From an uncultured bacterium (GTDB taxonomy: Bacteria; Omnitrophota; Omnitrophia; Omnitrophales; Aquincolibacteriaceae): DNA of 64,000 nucleotides. The stretch covers positions 194-64,193 of the forward strand of contig CAYJSI010000004.1 in the NCBI GenBank assembly GCA_964373045.1. Reading direction: 5' to 3'. Made by a program: the position numbers and the translations under genes. The notes beneath the pieces were generated by a model that was given only the letters and a program-made list of their open reading frames with translations, searched no databases and was not told the DNA's origin. Shown one piece after another: positions 48,377 through 58,624 of the stretch (position 1 is its first letter; each line of letters starts with the position of its first letter).

Positions 48377-49846
48377 GTGAAAATTGTTTTCGCAGCTTCC
48401 GAGATGGTCCCGTTTGCCAAGACGGGTGGTTTGGCAGATGTCATCGGAGCCCTTCCCGACGAAATTCATCGTTTAGGTCACGAGGCGGCGGTTTTCATCC
48501 CTCGCTATAAAAGCCTGAATCTTGAAAGAGGCGGTTTTCATTCCGAAATCGACCGGCTTGAAGTTCCGCTTGGCAGCGATCAGGAGACAGGGCGGATTTT
48601 CAAATGCGTCCTTCCGAGCGGGCTTGTGGTTTATGCGGTGGATCATCCCGAATTTTTCTGCCGCGACGGCATCTACGGAACCGTGCTGGGCGATTATCCG
48701 GATAATGACCGGCGTTTCATTTTTTTTCAGCGGGCGCTTTTAGAGTCGCTCAAGCTCTTGGGTTTTAAGCCGGATGTCATTCATTGTCATGATTGGCAGA
48801 CAGGTCTGATACCGGTTTATATCAAAACATTCTATGCCAATGACTCGTTCTTTCAAAAAACCAAGACCGTTTTTACGATTCACAATTTAGGCTATCAAGG
48901 TAATTTCCCGCCGGACTCGCTTCCGGCCACGAACCTATCCTGGGATCAATTTCGGATCGAGCGCCTCGAATTCTACGGCAAGTTCAGCTCGATGAAGGGC
49001 GGGATCCTCGATGCCGACGCCGTGACAACCGTAAGCGAACGCTACGCGCGCGAAATCCAGTCCAAGGAATTCGGCTGTGGCCTGGAAGGCGTACTCTCGA
49101 AGCGCCATTCCACGATTTCCGGTATCTTGAACGGGATCGACCACGAGGAGTGGGACCCGGAAAAAGATCCTGATATTGCGAGTCCTTACGGTTTAAAGAA
49201 GCTCGATGGGAAGGCGCTTAATAAAAGCGCGCTTCAAAAGGAAAACGATCTTGCGCCGGATCCCAGGGCCCCGTTGATCGGGATGGTCTCACGCCTTACG
49301 GATCAGAAGGGGATCGATATCTTGATTCCTGCGATCACAACACTTCTGAGGCGGGGAGCGCAATTTGTTTTGCTCGGGACCGGCGAAGAAAGATACCACC
49401 AAGTTTTTCGTGAGTTTGCCAAAAAACATAAAGGGGTCTGCGCCGTTCATATCTTATTTGATGCCAAAATGGCGAAGCGTATTTATGCCGGCTGCGATAT
49501 GATGTTCTGGCCTTCCTATTACGAACCCTGCGGCCTCGGGCAGTTGATCGCCCTTCGCTACGGAACGATCCCGGTGGTCCGAGCCACGGGAGGGTTGGCA
49601 GACACAGTGAAGGATTTTGATCCCAAATCGGGAGAGGGAAACGGATTTTCCTTTTTGGAATACACAAGCGATGCATTTCTTGAGGCCGCCGACCGCGCCA
49701 TCGGCATTTACCGGAATCCGGAGAAGTGGCAGCGTGTGATCCAAAATGCCATGGAAAGTGATTACTCCTGGACGGTCTCAGCCAAGAAATATGTGGCACT
49801 TTACGAAAAGACAAAACGCCGCATGGTCGAAAATTTAGAAAGTTGA
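48377..49846 (+). CDS. glgA: glycogen synthase
   Basis: KTGGLADV motif. GT-B fold, 489 aa. Confidence 0.9.
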   Translation: MKIVFAASEMVPFAKTGGLADVIGALPDEIHRLGHEAAVFIPRYKSLNLERGGFHSEIDRLEVPLGSDQETGRIFKCVLPSGLVVYAVDHPEFFCRDGIYGTVLGDYPDNDRRFIFFQRALLESLKLLGFKPDVIHCHDWQTGLIPVYIKTFYANDSFFQKTKTVFTIHNLGYQGNFPPDSLPATNLSWDQFRIERLEFYGKFSSMKGGILDADAVTTVSERYAREIQSKEFGCGLEGVLSKRHSTISGILNGIDHEEWDPEKDPDIASPYGLKKLDGKALNKSALQKENDLAPDPRAPLIGMVSRLTDQKGIDILIPAITTLLRRGAQFVLLGTGEERYHQVFREFAKKHKGVCAVHILFDAKMAKRIYAGCDMMFWPSYYEPCGLGQLIALRYGTIPVVRATGGLADTVKDFDPKSGEGNGFSFLEYTSDAFLEAADRAIGIYRNPEKWQRVIQNAMESDYSWTVSAKKYVALYEKTKRRMVENLES

Positions 49847-49857
49847 GGGTGAAAAAT

Positions 49858-50637
49858 ATGCTGGATGTTTTAAAAATTGGCCGCTATGAACTTCGTTCCC
49901 CCTTGATCCTGGGGACAGGGAAGTACACGACTTTCGAGGTGATGGTGCGTGCCCTTGAGGCCTCGGGGACCGAGATGGTGACTGTCGCGATCGGGCGGGT
50001 CAATCTTGCGAACAGAAATGAGAAAAACATTTTGGATTATATCGATCGCGATAAATTCACCCTGCTTCCCAACACCGCGGGGGCCTACACGGCAGAAGAT
50101 GCCATCCGCATTGCAAGGCTGGCCCGGGCAGCGGGGATCGGGGACCTCGTGAAACTCGAAGTCCTGGGGAATCAAAAAACCCTGCTTCCGGATACCGTGG
50201 CACTTCTGGAAGCGACCAAGGTTTTGGTGAAGGAGGGTTTCACGGTGATGCCCTACACGAACGATGATCCGATTATGGCCAAGAGATTGGAAGACGCGGG
50301 TGCGGCGTGTGTCATGCCGCTTGCCGCTCCCATCGGTTCCGGGCGTGGCATTCAAAACCGGCTCAATCTGAAATTTATTTTGGAATCTGTTTCCTGCCCC
50401 GTGATTATCGATGCGGGGGTTGGTACGGCCTCAGATGCAGCGATTTGTATGGAGCTTGGCGCCGACGGCGTTTTAATGAATACGGCGATCGCCGAGGCGA
50501 AGGATCCTATCCTTATGGCAGAGGCCATGCGTGAGGCGATTTCGGCCGGCCGCAAGGCGTACTTCGCCGGCCGCATGCCGATCAAAGAATACGCCTCCGC
50601 CTCGAGTCCGCAGGAAGGGTTGGCGATTAAAACGTAA
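49858..50637 (+). CDS. thiG: thiazole synthase
   Basis: TIM-barrel ThiG motifs ([20 protein letters not shown]). Confidence 0.88.
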   Translation: MLDVLKIGRYELRSPLILGTGKYTTFEVMVRALEASGTEMVTVAIGRVNLANRNEKNILDYIDRDKFTLLPNTAGAYTAEDAIRIARLARAAGIGDLVKLEVLGNQKTLLPDTVALLEATKVLVKEGFTVMPYTNDDPIMAKRLEDAGAACVMPLAAPIGSGRGIQNRLNLKFILESVSCPVIIDAGVGTASDAAICMELGADGVLMNTAIAEAKDPILMAEAMREAISAGRKAYFAGRMPIKEYASASSPQEGLAIKT

Positions 50638-50643
50638 TGCGAT

Positions 50644-50760
50644 GTAGGGGTCGACCCATGTGTCGACCCGTGTTATCTCGCCCACCCATATTGGGCGGGG
50701 CAACCCCGCCCCTACAATCCAATTGCATTATGACGGGCAGACACGCGGGTCTGCCCCTAC
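50644..50760. repeat. compound GTAGGGGC-family palindromic element (three hairpins)
   Basis: GTAGGGGTCGACCCATGTGTCGACCC ... GCCCACCCATATTGGGCGGGG ... GACGGGCAGACACGCGGGTCTGCCCCTAC. Confidence 0.75.
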
Positions 50761-50781
50761 ATATTTAAAGAGGAATGATTC

Positions 50782-51855
50782 ATGTACAAAATCTTAATCT
50801 TACCCGGCGACGGAATCGGCCCCGAAGTCACGGAACAAGCCGTCAAGGTTCTCCGCAAACTCGCCAAAACCTTTCATCTGGTTTTTGAAACGGAAGAAGC
50901 CTTGATGGGTGGGTGTTCGATCGACCGCACCGGCGAACCCATCACCCAAGAGACACTTCTGCGCGCTCAAAAAGCGGATGCCGTTTTCTTGGGCGCAGTC
51001 GGTGGTCCCAAGTGGGATGAGGTCGATCCCTCTCGCCGCCCCGAAAAAGGATTGCTTCAAATTAGAAAGACACTCGAGGTTTTTGCAAACTTAAGGCCGG
51101 TCAAAATGTTCGATGAGCTTGCAGGCATCTCTCCTTTAAAAGAAGAGGTGGTGAAGGGCGTCGATTTTCTCATCCTGCGCGAACTTGTGGGCGGGATTTA
51201 TTTTGGGATCCCGCGCGGCATCGAAACCCTTCCGGGCGGGGGTGAAAAAGGGGTGAATACGGAAGTTTATACGACGAAGGAAATCGAGCGGATCGCACAC
51301 AAGGCCTTTGAATTTGCCAGGAAGCGCCGCCGCAAAGTCACTTCGGTCGATAAAGCAAACGTCCTTGAATCAAGCCGCCTGTGGCGAAAAGTCGTCACCG
51401 AAGTTCATCAACAGTATTCAGACGTGGTGCTTGATCACCGCTACGTGGATGAGTGCGCCATGCAATTTATCAAGAATCCCAAACAATTTGATGTGGTGGT
51501 GACCACGAATCTCTTTGGCGACATCCTGAGCGACGAATCGGCCATGCTTGCGGGATCGATCGGGATGCTGCCCTCGGCCTCTGTCGGTGCCAAGCACGCG
51601 CTTTACGAGCCTGTGCACGGTTCAGCGCCTGATATTGCGGGCCGTGACGTGGGAAATCCCTTGGCCGCCATCTTGTCAATGGCCATGATGATGGAGTATA
51701 GCTTTCAGCTCTTCGAGCTTGCCGAAGTCATCCGGAAGGCTGTGGCAAGTGTGCTCCGCGATGGCTGCCGCACGGCGGATATTTATCAGGAAGGAACCCG
51801 AAAGGTCAGCTGCTCCAAAATGGGGGATCTCGTTTGCGAAAGGATTAAAGCGTAA
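50782..51855 (+). CDS. leuB: 3-isopropylmalate dehydrogenase
   Basis: NLFGDILSDE is the IDH/IMDH signature. Confidence 0.9.
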   Translation: MYKILILPGDGIGPEVTEQAVKVLRKLAKTFHLVFETEEALMGGCSIDRTGEPITQETLLRAQKADAVFLGAVGGPKWDEVDPSRRPEKGLLQIRKTLEVFANLRPVKMFDELAGISPLKEEVVKGVDFLILRELVGGIYFGIPRGIETLPGGGEKGVNTEVYTTKEIERIAHKAFEFARKRRRKVTSVDKANVLESSRLWRKVVTEVHQQYSDVVLDHRYVDECAMQFIKNPKQFDVVVTTNLFGDILSDESAMLAGSIGMLPSASVGAKHALYEPVHGSAPDIAGRDVGNPLAAILSMAMMMEYSFQLFELAEVIRKAVASVLRDGCRTADIYQEGTRKVSCSKMGDLVCERIKA

Positions 51856-51886
51856 ATCAAATGCTAAACGCTCCACGCTCACCGCT

Positions 51887-52894
51887 ATGAAAAAGTTAAA
51901 TGTTGCGATTTTAGGTGTGACTGGTGCTGTCGGTCAGGAGTTTCTTTCTATTTTAGAAGAAAGGAAATTTCCGATTGCGAGCCTCAAATTACTCGCCTCC
52001 AAAAAATCAGCCGGTAAAAAAATTAAATTTCAAGACCGCGAACTTACGATTGAAGAAGCGACCCCTACATCTTTCAAAGGCGTCGAACTTGTTTTATCGA
52101 GCGCCGGAAGTGCCGTGAGCCGCGAACTTGCTCCGCCTATCGTAAAGGCCGGGGCCGTCATGGTGGATAACACAAGCGCTTTCCGCATGGATCCTGACGT
52201 GCCGCTTGTGGTGCCTGAGATCAACCCCGAAGACGTTAAAAAACAAAAGGGGATTATCGCAAACCCCAACTGCTCGACCATCATTATGCTCGTTCCGCTT
52301 TTTCCGCTTCACATAGCGGCAAAGATTCGCCGTGTCGTGGCCGCCACTTATCAGGCTGCTAGTGGTGCCGGGGCCCAGGCCATGAAAGAGCTTGAGAATC
52401 AATCGCGCGAAATTTTAGCGGGGCAAAAGCCAACTAAAAAAGTTTTCCCTCATCAGGCGGCCTTTAATCTTTTTTCGCACAACAGCCCCATCCAAGAAGG
52501 CGGTTACTGCGAAGAAGAAATCAAGATGGCGGAGGAAACGAAAAAGATTTTTCATGATGACCGCATTCAGGTCACTGCGACCTGTGTGCGCGTACCCGTT
52601 TTCCGCGCTCATTCAGAGGCCCTTGTCATCGAGACCGAAAAAAAGCTTTCGGTCAAAGAAGCCCGTGAAATCCTCGCGAAGGCGCCCGGCGTCACCGTAA
52701 TCGATGAGCGCGAGAAAAATTATTTCCCCATGCCGATTGAGGCCACCGGAAAAGACAATGTGCTAGTCGGAAGGCTCCGCGAAGACTTAAGCTCTCCGAA
52801 CGGCCTTGCTCTTTTTGTTTCGGGCGATCAGCTGCGCAAAGGCGCCGCTTTGAACGCCATCCAAATCGCCGAACTCTGGGTCAGAAGAGGATAA
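51887..52894 (+). CDS. asd: aspartate-semialdehyde dehydrogenase
   Basis: NVAILGVTGAVGQ is the Rossmann fold. Active-site NPNCSTI. The ORF extension upstream of this ATG is unlikely. Confidence 0.9.
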   Translation: MKKLNVAILGVTGAVGQEFLSILEERKFPIASLKLLASKKSAGKKIKFQDRELTIEEATPTSFKGVELVLSSAGSAVSRELAPPIVKAGAVMVDNTSAFRMDPDVPLVVPEINPEDVKKQKGIIANPNCSTIIMLVPLFPLHIAAKIRRVVAATYQAASGAGAQAMKELENQSREILAGQKPTKKVFPHQAAFNLFSHNSPIQEGGYCEEEIKMAEETKKIFHDDRIQVTATCVRVPVFRAHSEALVIETEKKLSVKEAREILAKAPGVTVIDEREKNYFPMPIEATGKDNVLVGRLREDLSSPNGLALFVSGDQLRKGAALNAIQIAELWVRRG

Positions 52895-52899
52895 TTTTT

Positions 52900-52968
52900 A
52901 GGCTCCAAAATACGCGACGTCGCGTATTTTGGAGCCTAACCCCAAAACGCTCGACGTCGAGCCTTTTT
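52900..52968 (+). terminator. two consecutive hairpins ending in a T-run
   Basis: Perfect 38-nt palindrome AGGCTCCAAAATACGCGACGTCGCGTATTTTGGAGCCT, then GCTCGACGTCGAGC followed by CTTTTT. Confidence 0.6.
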
Positions 52969-53359
52969 GAAAAACGATTAAGTGTGTCCCTTTTGGGGCT
53001 GTCCTCGGATGTCTAGCGCTCATCAAACCTTAATGAGCCCCCTGCATACCTTACAGCTTCAAGATGAAAACCCTCTGGCCTTTCTCAAAAAGGCTTATCT
53101 CAAACACCGCCAGGGAAATCCTCTCCCCCTCCTCAGGATCGCTTCAAGCAGCTAAATAGTTACGCGCCCTCGGGTTTCGCCTGAGTGACTTTTTTAGGGA
53201 GTTTGAAGAGGGTGAAAAAAAGCGGTTGATTTTATCCCGCCGCCGTCTCGAAGGCATCGCGCTCACCATCGTTTCAGGAAAACCCTGCATCTCTCAATTG
53301 GAAGAAGGTCACGCATTCACTACCTGGATTACCGGAAAACCGCGATCCCTTACAAAAAA

Positions 53360-53656
53360 GTGGGCAGGCTCGAAATTCGATTGATCGCGCCCGGGCATTG
53401 GACCATTGGCAAAATGGCGAGGTTCCTCGAGCTTGATATTCAAGATATGGCCAAGATGATCCGAAGAAAAAAACTCAGGGCGGCCTCCTTGATTCACCTT
53501 TGGGCAAAGGCGCTTAACGCCAGCGATCTTTCCTTAGAGCTCGACCAGTTCCGGGACCACGTCGTCCTCTTTCTGAAACGCTACAGCCAGCACCTTTGGG
53601 GGAAGAGGGCGGATCCCGAATCCCTCATCCAAAGCTTCCTCAGGCAGATCGCTTAG
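53360..53656 (+). CDS. hypothetical protein (possibly part of a disrupted gene)
   Basis: 98-aa ORF. Upstream frames hold further ORF fragments that overlap its start. Confidence 0.3.
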   Translation: MGRLEIRLIAPGHWTIGKMARFLELDIQDMAKMIRRKKLRAASLIHLWAKALNASDLSLELDQFRDHVVLFLKRYSQHLWGKRADPESLIQSFLRQIA

Positions 53657-53689
53657 AATTCCTCGAAATCGGGGGTGTAATTTGATATC

Positions 53690-54757
53690 ATGCCCCCCAC
53701 GATGCAGCCCATCCTGGCTCAAAAATTCCTGGGAAATTCGCTTCAGAGTTATCTGACGGTGCTCGCCGTCTTTCTCGGGGCGGCCCTCCTTCTCAAATTT
53801 TTGAGCCGAAGAGCGTTGCATCAGCTGAAACTTGCCCAGTCAAAAACCCCTTCGAAGCTTTTCCATCTCTTCTCAGAGTTAGGCTCAAAGGCCGTCCTTC
53901 CGCTTCTTTATCTCGGGGCTTTTTATTTTTCGTCCCGGCAGCTTCGATTGAGCGCGAGCGTGGATCAAGCCATTCGATCGTTCGCCTTGATCCTTCTCAC
54001 CTTTCAACTGACGCGAATTGTGCTGGCGCTTGCCCTCCATTTTATGGAAGAGTCCTGGTTTAAGCGTGAAGCCCAAACCGGGGTGACGCCCGTCTCCAAG
54101 AGCATTCTCACCGTGACCAAGGTCGTAATTTGGGCCGTGGCCCTCACTTTCCTCCTCGATAACCTGGGGTTTAATGTCTCGGCCGTGGTGGCGGGCCTTG
54201 GGATCGGAGGCGTGGCGGTGGCCCTTGCCGCTCAAACCATCCTGGGAGATCTCTTCAATTATTTTGTCATCTTTTTTGATAAGCCTTTTGAAGAGGGCGA
54301 CTTTGTGATTGTCGATGATTATCGGGGGACGATCGAGCACGTGGGGATCAAATCGACTAGGATCCGCTCGGCGGGCGGGGAGCAAATCGTCATTTCAAAT
54401 TCCAATCTGACTTCAAGCCGCATTCGTAATTACAAACGCATGCACGAGAGGCGTGTTTCCTTTAAGATCGGGGTCGTCTATGAGACGCCGCTTGAGCAGC
54501 TTAAGAAAATTCCGGTGATCATGAAACAAATCATCGAAGGGGCGGGAGGCGCCCGTTTTGATCGCTCTCACTTTAAAGATTTCGGCGACTTCAGCCTCAA
54601 TTTTGAGGTGGTTTATAATGTGCTCACCCCGGATTACGTGATTTATATGGACATCCAGCAGAAAATCAACCTTGCGATTAAGGAAGCCTTCGAGCGTGAG
54701 GGAATTGAATTCGCCTACCCCACGCAAGTCGCCATTCAAAAACAAACGCATAATTAA
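53690..54757 (+). CDS. mechanosensitive ion channel, MscS family
   Basis: TM helices, then the MscS beta-domain (GDLFNYFVIFFDKPFEEGDFV ... TRIRSAGGEQIVISNS). Confidence 0.85.
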   Translation: MPPTMQPILAQKFLGNSLQSYLTVLAVFLGAALLLKFLSRRALHQLKLAQSKTPSKLFHLFSELGSKAVLPLLYLGAFYFSSRQLRLSASVDQAIRSFALILLTFQLTRIVLALALHFMEESWFKREAQTGVTPVSKSILTVTKVVIWAVALTFLLDNLGFNVSAVVAGLGIGGVAVALAAQTILGDLFNYFVIFFDKPFEEGDFVIVDDYRGTIEHVGIKSTRIRSAGGEQIVISNSNLTSSRIRNYKRMHERRVSFKIGVVYETPLEQLKKIPVIMKQIIEGAGGARFDRSHFKDFGDFSLNFEVVYNVLTPDYVIYMDIQQKINLAIKEAFEREGIEFAYPTQVAIQKQTHN

Positions 54758-54764
54758 AAAAATC

Positions 54765-54800
54765 ATTTGGGTCAGACCCAGTTGGGTCTGACCCAAATGG
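54765..54800 (+). terminator. hairpin TTGGGTCAGACCCA-GT-TGGGTCTGACCCAA
   Basis: Read directly 3' of mscS. Confidence 0.5.
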
Positions 54801-54818
54801 GGTTTTAGGAAATTAAAA

Positions 54819-55358
54819 ATGGATATTCAGAAATCCTGGGAAAGGGCCTTGAAGGCAACGGAGATTATCCGTTCGCGGATTCAGCCCCTCTCGGTTCACG
54901 CCGAAACGCACCTGCCGTATATTTTTCTGGCGGAGTCCTCCGTCAATTTGGGCGACAGCCTGGTGCGCAAAGGGGAGATTATGGTGGAGAAACCCTCCAT
55001 TATCCTGCCGCCTCATCTTCCGCAATTTGAGGGTTTTGATTCGGAGGACGTTAAAACAAAAGACCTGGACATGCTCACCACTTTTTTCATGGTCCGCGGC
55101 ATCAAATTTCCCTCCTTCAAATACAACAATAAAACTTTTTCTCTGGATGTCCACGAAGGAAAGTTGCACACCGCCATCGAACATTACAAACACGAACTCG
55201 AAAAAGAAGAAAATATTTCAGCCGGCCTCGTGATCGGCCCCGAGGACTGCTGGCAGTTTTCCATTCTGATCTTTGTGGCAAGCCAGGTGATCCGCCAGGC
55301 CGATGGCGATATCCGCAAGCTGCTGGATGAATTCAGGAAAGGAGAAGCGGGTGGATAA
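54819..55358 (+). CDS. hypothetical protein
   Basis: 179-aa ORF with no recognisable motifs. Coding-like composition. Confidence 0.5.
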   Translation: MDIQKSWERALKATEIIRSRIQPLSVHAETHLPYIFLAESSVNLGDSLVRKGEIMVEKPSIILPPHLPQFEGFDSEDVKTKDLDMLTTFFMVRGIKFPSFKYNNKTFSLDVHEGKLHTAIEHYKHELEKEENISAGLVIGPEDCWQFSILIFVASQVIRQADGDIRKLLDEFRKGEAGG

Positions 55359-56268
55359 GGGTTTGCTTGGTTGGATTATTTTTGGGCTTGTCATTGTTTC
55401 GATGCTGGTCTTGGATCTCCGGCGCAAGGTGCATGAGATTAAGCTCAAAGAGGCTCTCCTCTGGAGCGCGGTTTGGATCGGCCTGGCACTTCTTTTTAAT
55501 GTGGGTGTCTTCATTTTTAAAGGACACGATGCCGCGCTTAAATTTTTTACGGGGTATTTGCTGGAAGAATCGCTTAGTATCGATAATCTTTTTGTTTTTA
55601 TCCTGATCTTTTCCTTTTTTCGCGTCCCCGCAGTCTATGAACACGAAGTGCTCTTTTGGGGAATTGTGGGGGCCATTGTGATGCGCGCCTTTTTTATTGC
55701 GGCGGGCGTGACTCTCCTTCATCACTTTCACTGGGTGATTTACATCTTTGGGGCCATCCTCGTTCTGACCGGTTTTAAGCTCATCTCGGGCAAAGGAAAG
55801 AAAATGGACCCTTCCAAGAATCCTGTGATAAAAATCTTTCGGCGTTTCATGCCCTTGACGGAGGAATACCATGGCGGAAAATTTTTTATCCGGAAAAATG
55901 GCAAACTCTTTGCCACCCCGCTCTTTATTGTGCTCCTTGTGATTGAAAGCACAGACGTGGTTTTTGCCATTGACTCCATCCCCGCGATTCTAGGTATCAC
56001 GACGGACCCCTTTATTGTTTATACCTCCAACATCTTCGCCATTTTAGGGCTGCGATCGCTTTATTTTTCCCTGGCGGGTGTGATGAAGCTTTTTGCTTAC
56101 CTTAACTACGGCCTGGCTGTCATCCTGATCTTTATCGGGGTGAAGATGCTTATCTCCGAATACGTCAAGATTCCGATTGCCCTTGCCCTTGGCGTGATTG
56201 CAGGGGTGTTATTGACGACCATCGTAGCGTCTATTTTATGGCCGCCCAAGGGTAAAGGTCATTCTTAA
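55345..56268 (+). CDS. TerC-family integral membrane protein
   Basis: Multiple TM helices with conserved acidic residues (LSIDNLFVF, DSIPA). GTG start with an AGGAAAGGAG RBS. An upstream ATG at 55303 is also possible. Confidence 0.75.
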   Translation, partial: KRVDKGLLGWIIFGLVIVSMLVLDLRRKVHEIKLKEALLWSAVWIGLALLFNVGVFIFKGHDAALKFFTGYLLEESLSIDNLFVFILIFSFFRVPAVYEHEVLFWGIVGAIVMRAFFIAAGVTLLHHFHWVIYIFGAILVLTGFKLISGKGKKMDPSKNPVIKIFRRFMPLTEEYHGGKFFIRKNGKLFATPLFIVLLVIESTDVVFAIDSIPAILGITTDPFIVYTSNIFAILGLRSLYFSLAGVMKLFAYLNYGLAVILIFIGVKMLISEYVKIPIALALGVIAGVLLTTIVASILWPPKGKGHS

Positions 56269-56378
56269 AAGGGCCGATCTTTGAAGGCGGTGTTCGGCGG
56301 TCAGAATGACGGTTCACTTAGGTTTATTAATGAGGAGGAACAATGACAGTCTTAACACAATTTAGCCAGGGGGAAGTG

Positions 56379-58556
56379 ATGGCCCTTTGGTCGGTTTTGG
56401 GAACAGCCATTTTAGGGCTGCTTTATGCAGGATTTTTAATGGGCCAGGTCCTGCGCGAGGACCGGGGCACTGCGGAAATGATCAAGATCAGTGATGCCAT
56501 CCGTTCGGGGGCCAATGCCTACCTCGCGAAGCAATTTAAAACCATCACCTTCTTTATTCTTATTTTGACAGGCGTTCTTTATTTTACGGCGCATGAGCAT
56601 CACATTGCGATCGGACGAGCCTGCGCCTTTCTCATGGGTTCTATTTTTTCCGCGACCGTGGGTTTTGTAGGAATGAATCTTGCCGTGCGCGGCAACGTGC
56701 GCGTGGCCGCCGCCGCGAATCGTAATAGTTTCAGCAGCGCGCTTAAAATTGCTTACCGCACCGGCACGATCACAGGCATGCTCACCGACGGCCTCGGGCT
56801 TTTGGGCGGCACGCTCATTTTTATGATTTATGGGGAAAAGGCCTATGAAGTCCTGCTCGGATTCGGGTTCGGCGGCACCCTCCTTGCGCTTTTTATGCGT
56901 GTCGGCGGCGGAATTTTCACCAAGGCAGCGGACGTAGGCGCCGACCTTGTGGGAAAGATTGAAAAAAATATTCCGGAAGACGATCCCCGCAATGCGGCCA
57001 CGATTGCGGATAATGTAGGCGATAACGTGGGGGACTGCGCCGGGATGGCGGCCGATATTTTTGAATCCTATGAAGTCACCATTGTCTCGGCCATGATTTT
57101 GGGATACGCCTCTTACGGCCATAAGGGAGTCATTTTCCCGCTTCTGGTGCGCGCCATTGGTGTCATTAGCTCCATCATTGGGACTTATGCCGTGCGCACC
57201 AAAGAAGAGGTGCGCGATGCCATGAAGGCGATCAATGTTGGCTTCGTGCTTTCCGCCGCGGTGTCTATCGTCGGGTTTATCTTCGTTGGCTATTATTACC
57301 TTCGGTTTCCGGATGCGGCCCAGCTTCCCGCCTGGCTTAGTTTTGGAGTGGCGGGGCTCGATCTTCGCCCGGTCTATACCACAATGGTGGGGATCCTTCT
57401 TGCGATTACGATCAACCGCATCACCGAATATTTCACGGATACGCACAAACCCCCCGTGCAATTTGTGGCTGATTCCTGCCAAACCGGCCACGCCACCAAT
57501 ATCATTGCGGGACTCGCCATCGGCCTTGAAAGTACGGTCTGGGCGATTCTGGTGATCGCGGTCTCAATTGTGATCTCCGCCTTCATCTATCAGGGGATGA
57601 GCCCGACTTATATCGCCTACGGGGTTTCGATGGCGGGGATCGGGCTCCTCACTCTTACCGGCAACAATATTTCCATGGATGTCTTTGGCCCGGTGGCGGA
57701 TAACGCGAATGGGATCGGTGAAATGGCGCATTTGCCTAAGCCGGCGCGCCAGATCCTGGCGGATCTTGATGCGGTAGGCAATACCACAAAGGCCATTACC
57801 AAGGGTGTGGCCATTGCTTCCGCCGTGGTGGCCGCCATCTCGCTTTTCAACGCCTTCATCACGGATATCAGCCACATTACGAACCAAACTTACGAACAGA
57901 TTGCCGCCGCGCTCTCCATTGCCGATCATAATGTTTTTATCGGCCTGTTGATCGGGGGAGCGATTCCCTTCCTCTTTAGTTCGCTCACGATTAAGGCCGT
58001 GGGCCGCGCCGCCTCTCTTATCGTCAACGAAGTACGCACTCAGTTGCAGGACAAGGCTATTTGGGAGGGGAAGAAGCTGCCGGATTATGCGCGTGTCGTC
58101 TCGATTTGCACGGCGGCGGCACAAAAAGAACTCATTCGGCCGGGCTTGCTCGCCATCCTGGCGCCGATTTTCATCGGAGTGCTTCTTCAAAAAGAAGCCC
58201 TGGGAGGTTTTTTGGCGGGGATGATTCTCTCCGGGCAGCTACTGGCGGTCTTTATGGCGAATGCGGGCGGCGCTTGGGATAACGCCAAGAAATTTATTGA
58301 AGACGGCCACTACGGCGGCAAGGGATCCGAGACCCACAAGGCCTCCGTCACGGGGGATACCGTCGGCGATCCTTTAAAAGACACGGCAGGCCCGGCCTTA
58401 AATCCGCTCATCAAGGTGATGAACATGGTGGCCCTGTTGGCCATTCCGCTCATCATCCGTTTTCAAGGCAATGCGTCCGCTTTTTGGATCGCGGCGGCGG
58501 GCTCCGTCTTTCTCGTGTTTTTGGTGCTCCATGATCCAAAACCGAAAAAGGCATAA
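56379..58556 (+). CDS. hppA: membrane-bound proton/sodium-translocating pyrophosphatase
   Basis: GGG ... DVGADLVGK and DNVGDNVGD motifs. About 15 TM helices, ~725 aa. Confidence 0.92.
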   Translation: MALWSVLGTAILGLLYAGFLMGQVLREDRGTAEMIKISDAIRSGANAYLAKQFKTITFFILILTGVLYFTAHEHHIAIGRACAFLMGSIFSATVGFVGMNLAVRGNVRVAAAANRNSFSSALKIAYRTGTITGMLTDGLGLLGGTLIFMIYGEKAYEVLLGFGFGGTLLALFMRVGGGIFTKAADVGADLVGKIEKNIPEDDPRNAATIADNVGDNVGDCAGMAADIFESYEVTIVSAMILGYASYGHKGVIFPLLVRAIGVISSIIGTYAVRTKEEVRDAMKAINVGFVLSAAVSIVGFIFVGYYYLRFPDAAQLPAWLSFGVAGLDLRPVYTTMVGILLAITINRITEYFTDTHKPPVQFVADSCQTGHATNIIAGLAIGLESTVWAILVIAVSIVISAFIYQGMSPTYIAYGVSMAGIGLLTLTGNNISMDVFGPVADNANGIGEMAHLPKPARQILADLDAVGNTTKAITKGVAIASAVVAAISLFNAFITDISHITNQTYEQIAAALSIADHNVFIGLLIGGAIPFLFSSLTIKAVGRAASLIVNEVRTQLQDKAIWEGKKLPDYARVVSICTAAAQKELIRPGLLAILAPIFIGVLLQKEALGGFLAGMILSGQLLAVFMANAGGAWDNAKKFIEDGHYGGKGSETHKASVTGDTVGDPLKDTAGPALNPLIKVMNMVALLAIPLIIRFQGNASAFWIAAAGSVFLVFLVLHDPKPKKA

Positions 58557-58574
58557 ACATTAATCGTAACTATC

Positions 58575-58603
58575 GGTGCCCGGCACCGTCGGTGCCTGGC
58601 ACC
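58575..58603. repeat. GGTGCCWGGCACC tandem palindrome element
   Basis: GGTGCCCGGCACCGTCGGTGCCTGGCACC, 3' of hppA. Confidence 0.8.
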
Positions 58604-58624
58604 GTCTGGTTTACATAAACCGGC

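Noticed and set aside
6856-50760. Could the GTAGGGGC repeats be a CRISPR array or integron attC sites?
   Set aside because: The copies are dispersed over 44 kb with irregular spacing. They have variable inner sequence and lack a constant repeat with unique spacers. No cas or intI genes are present, and the ends do not match the attC GTTRRRY core.
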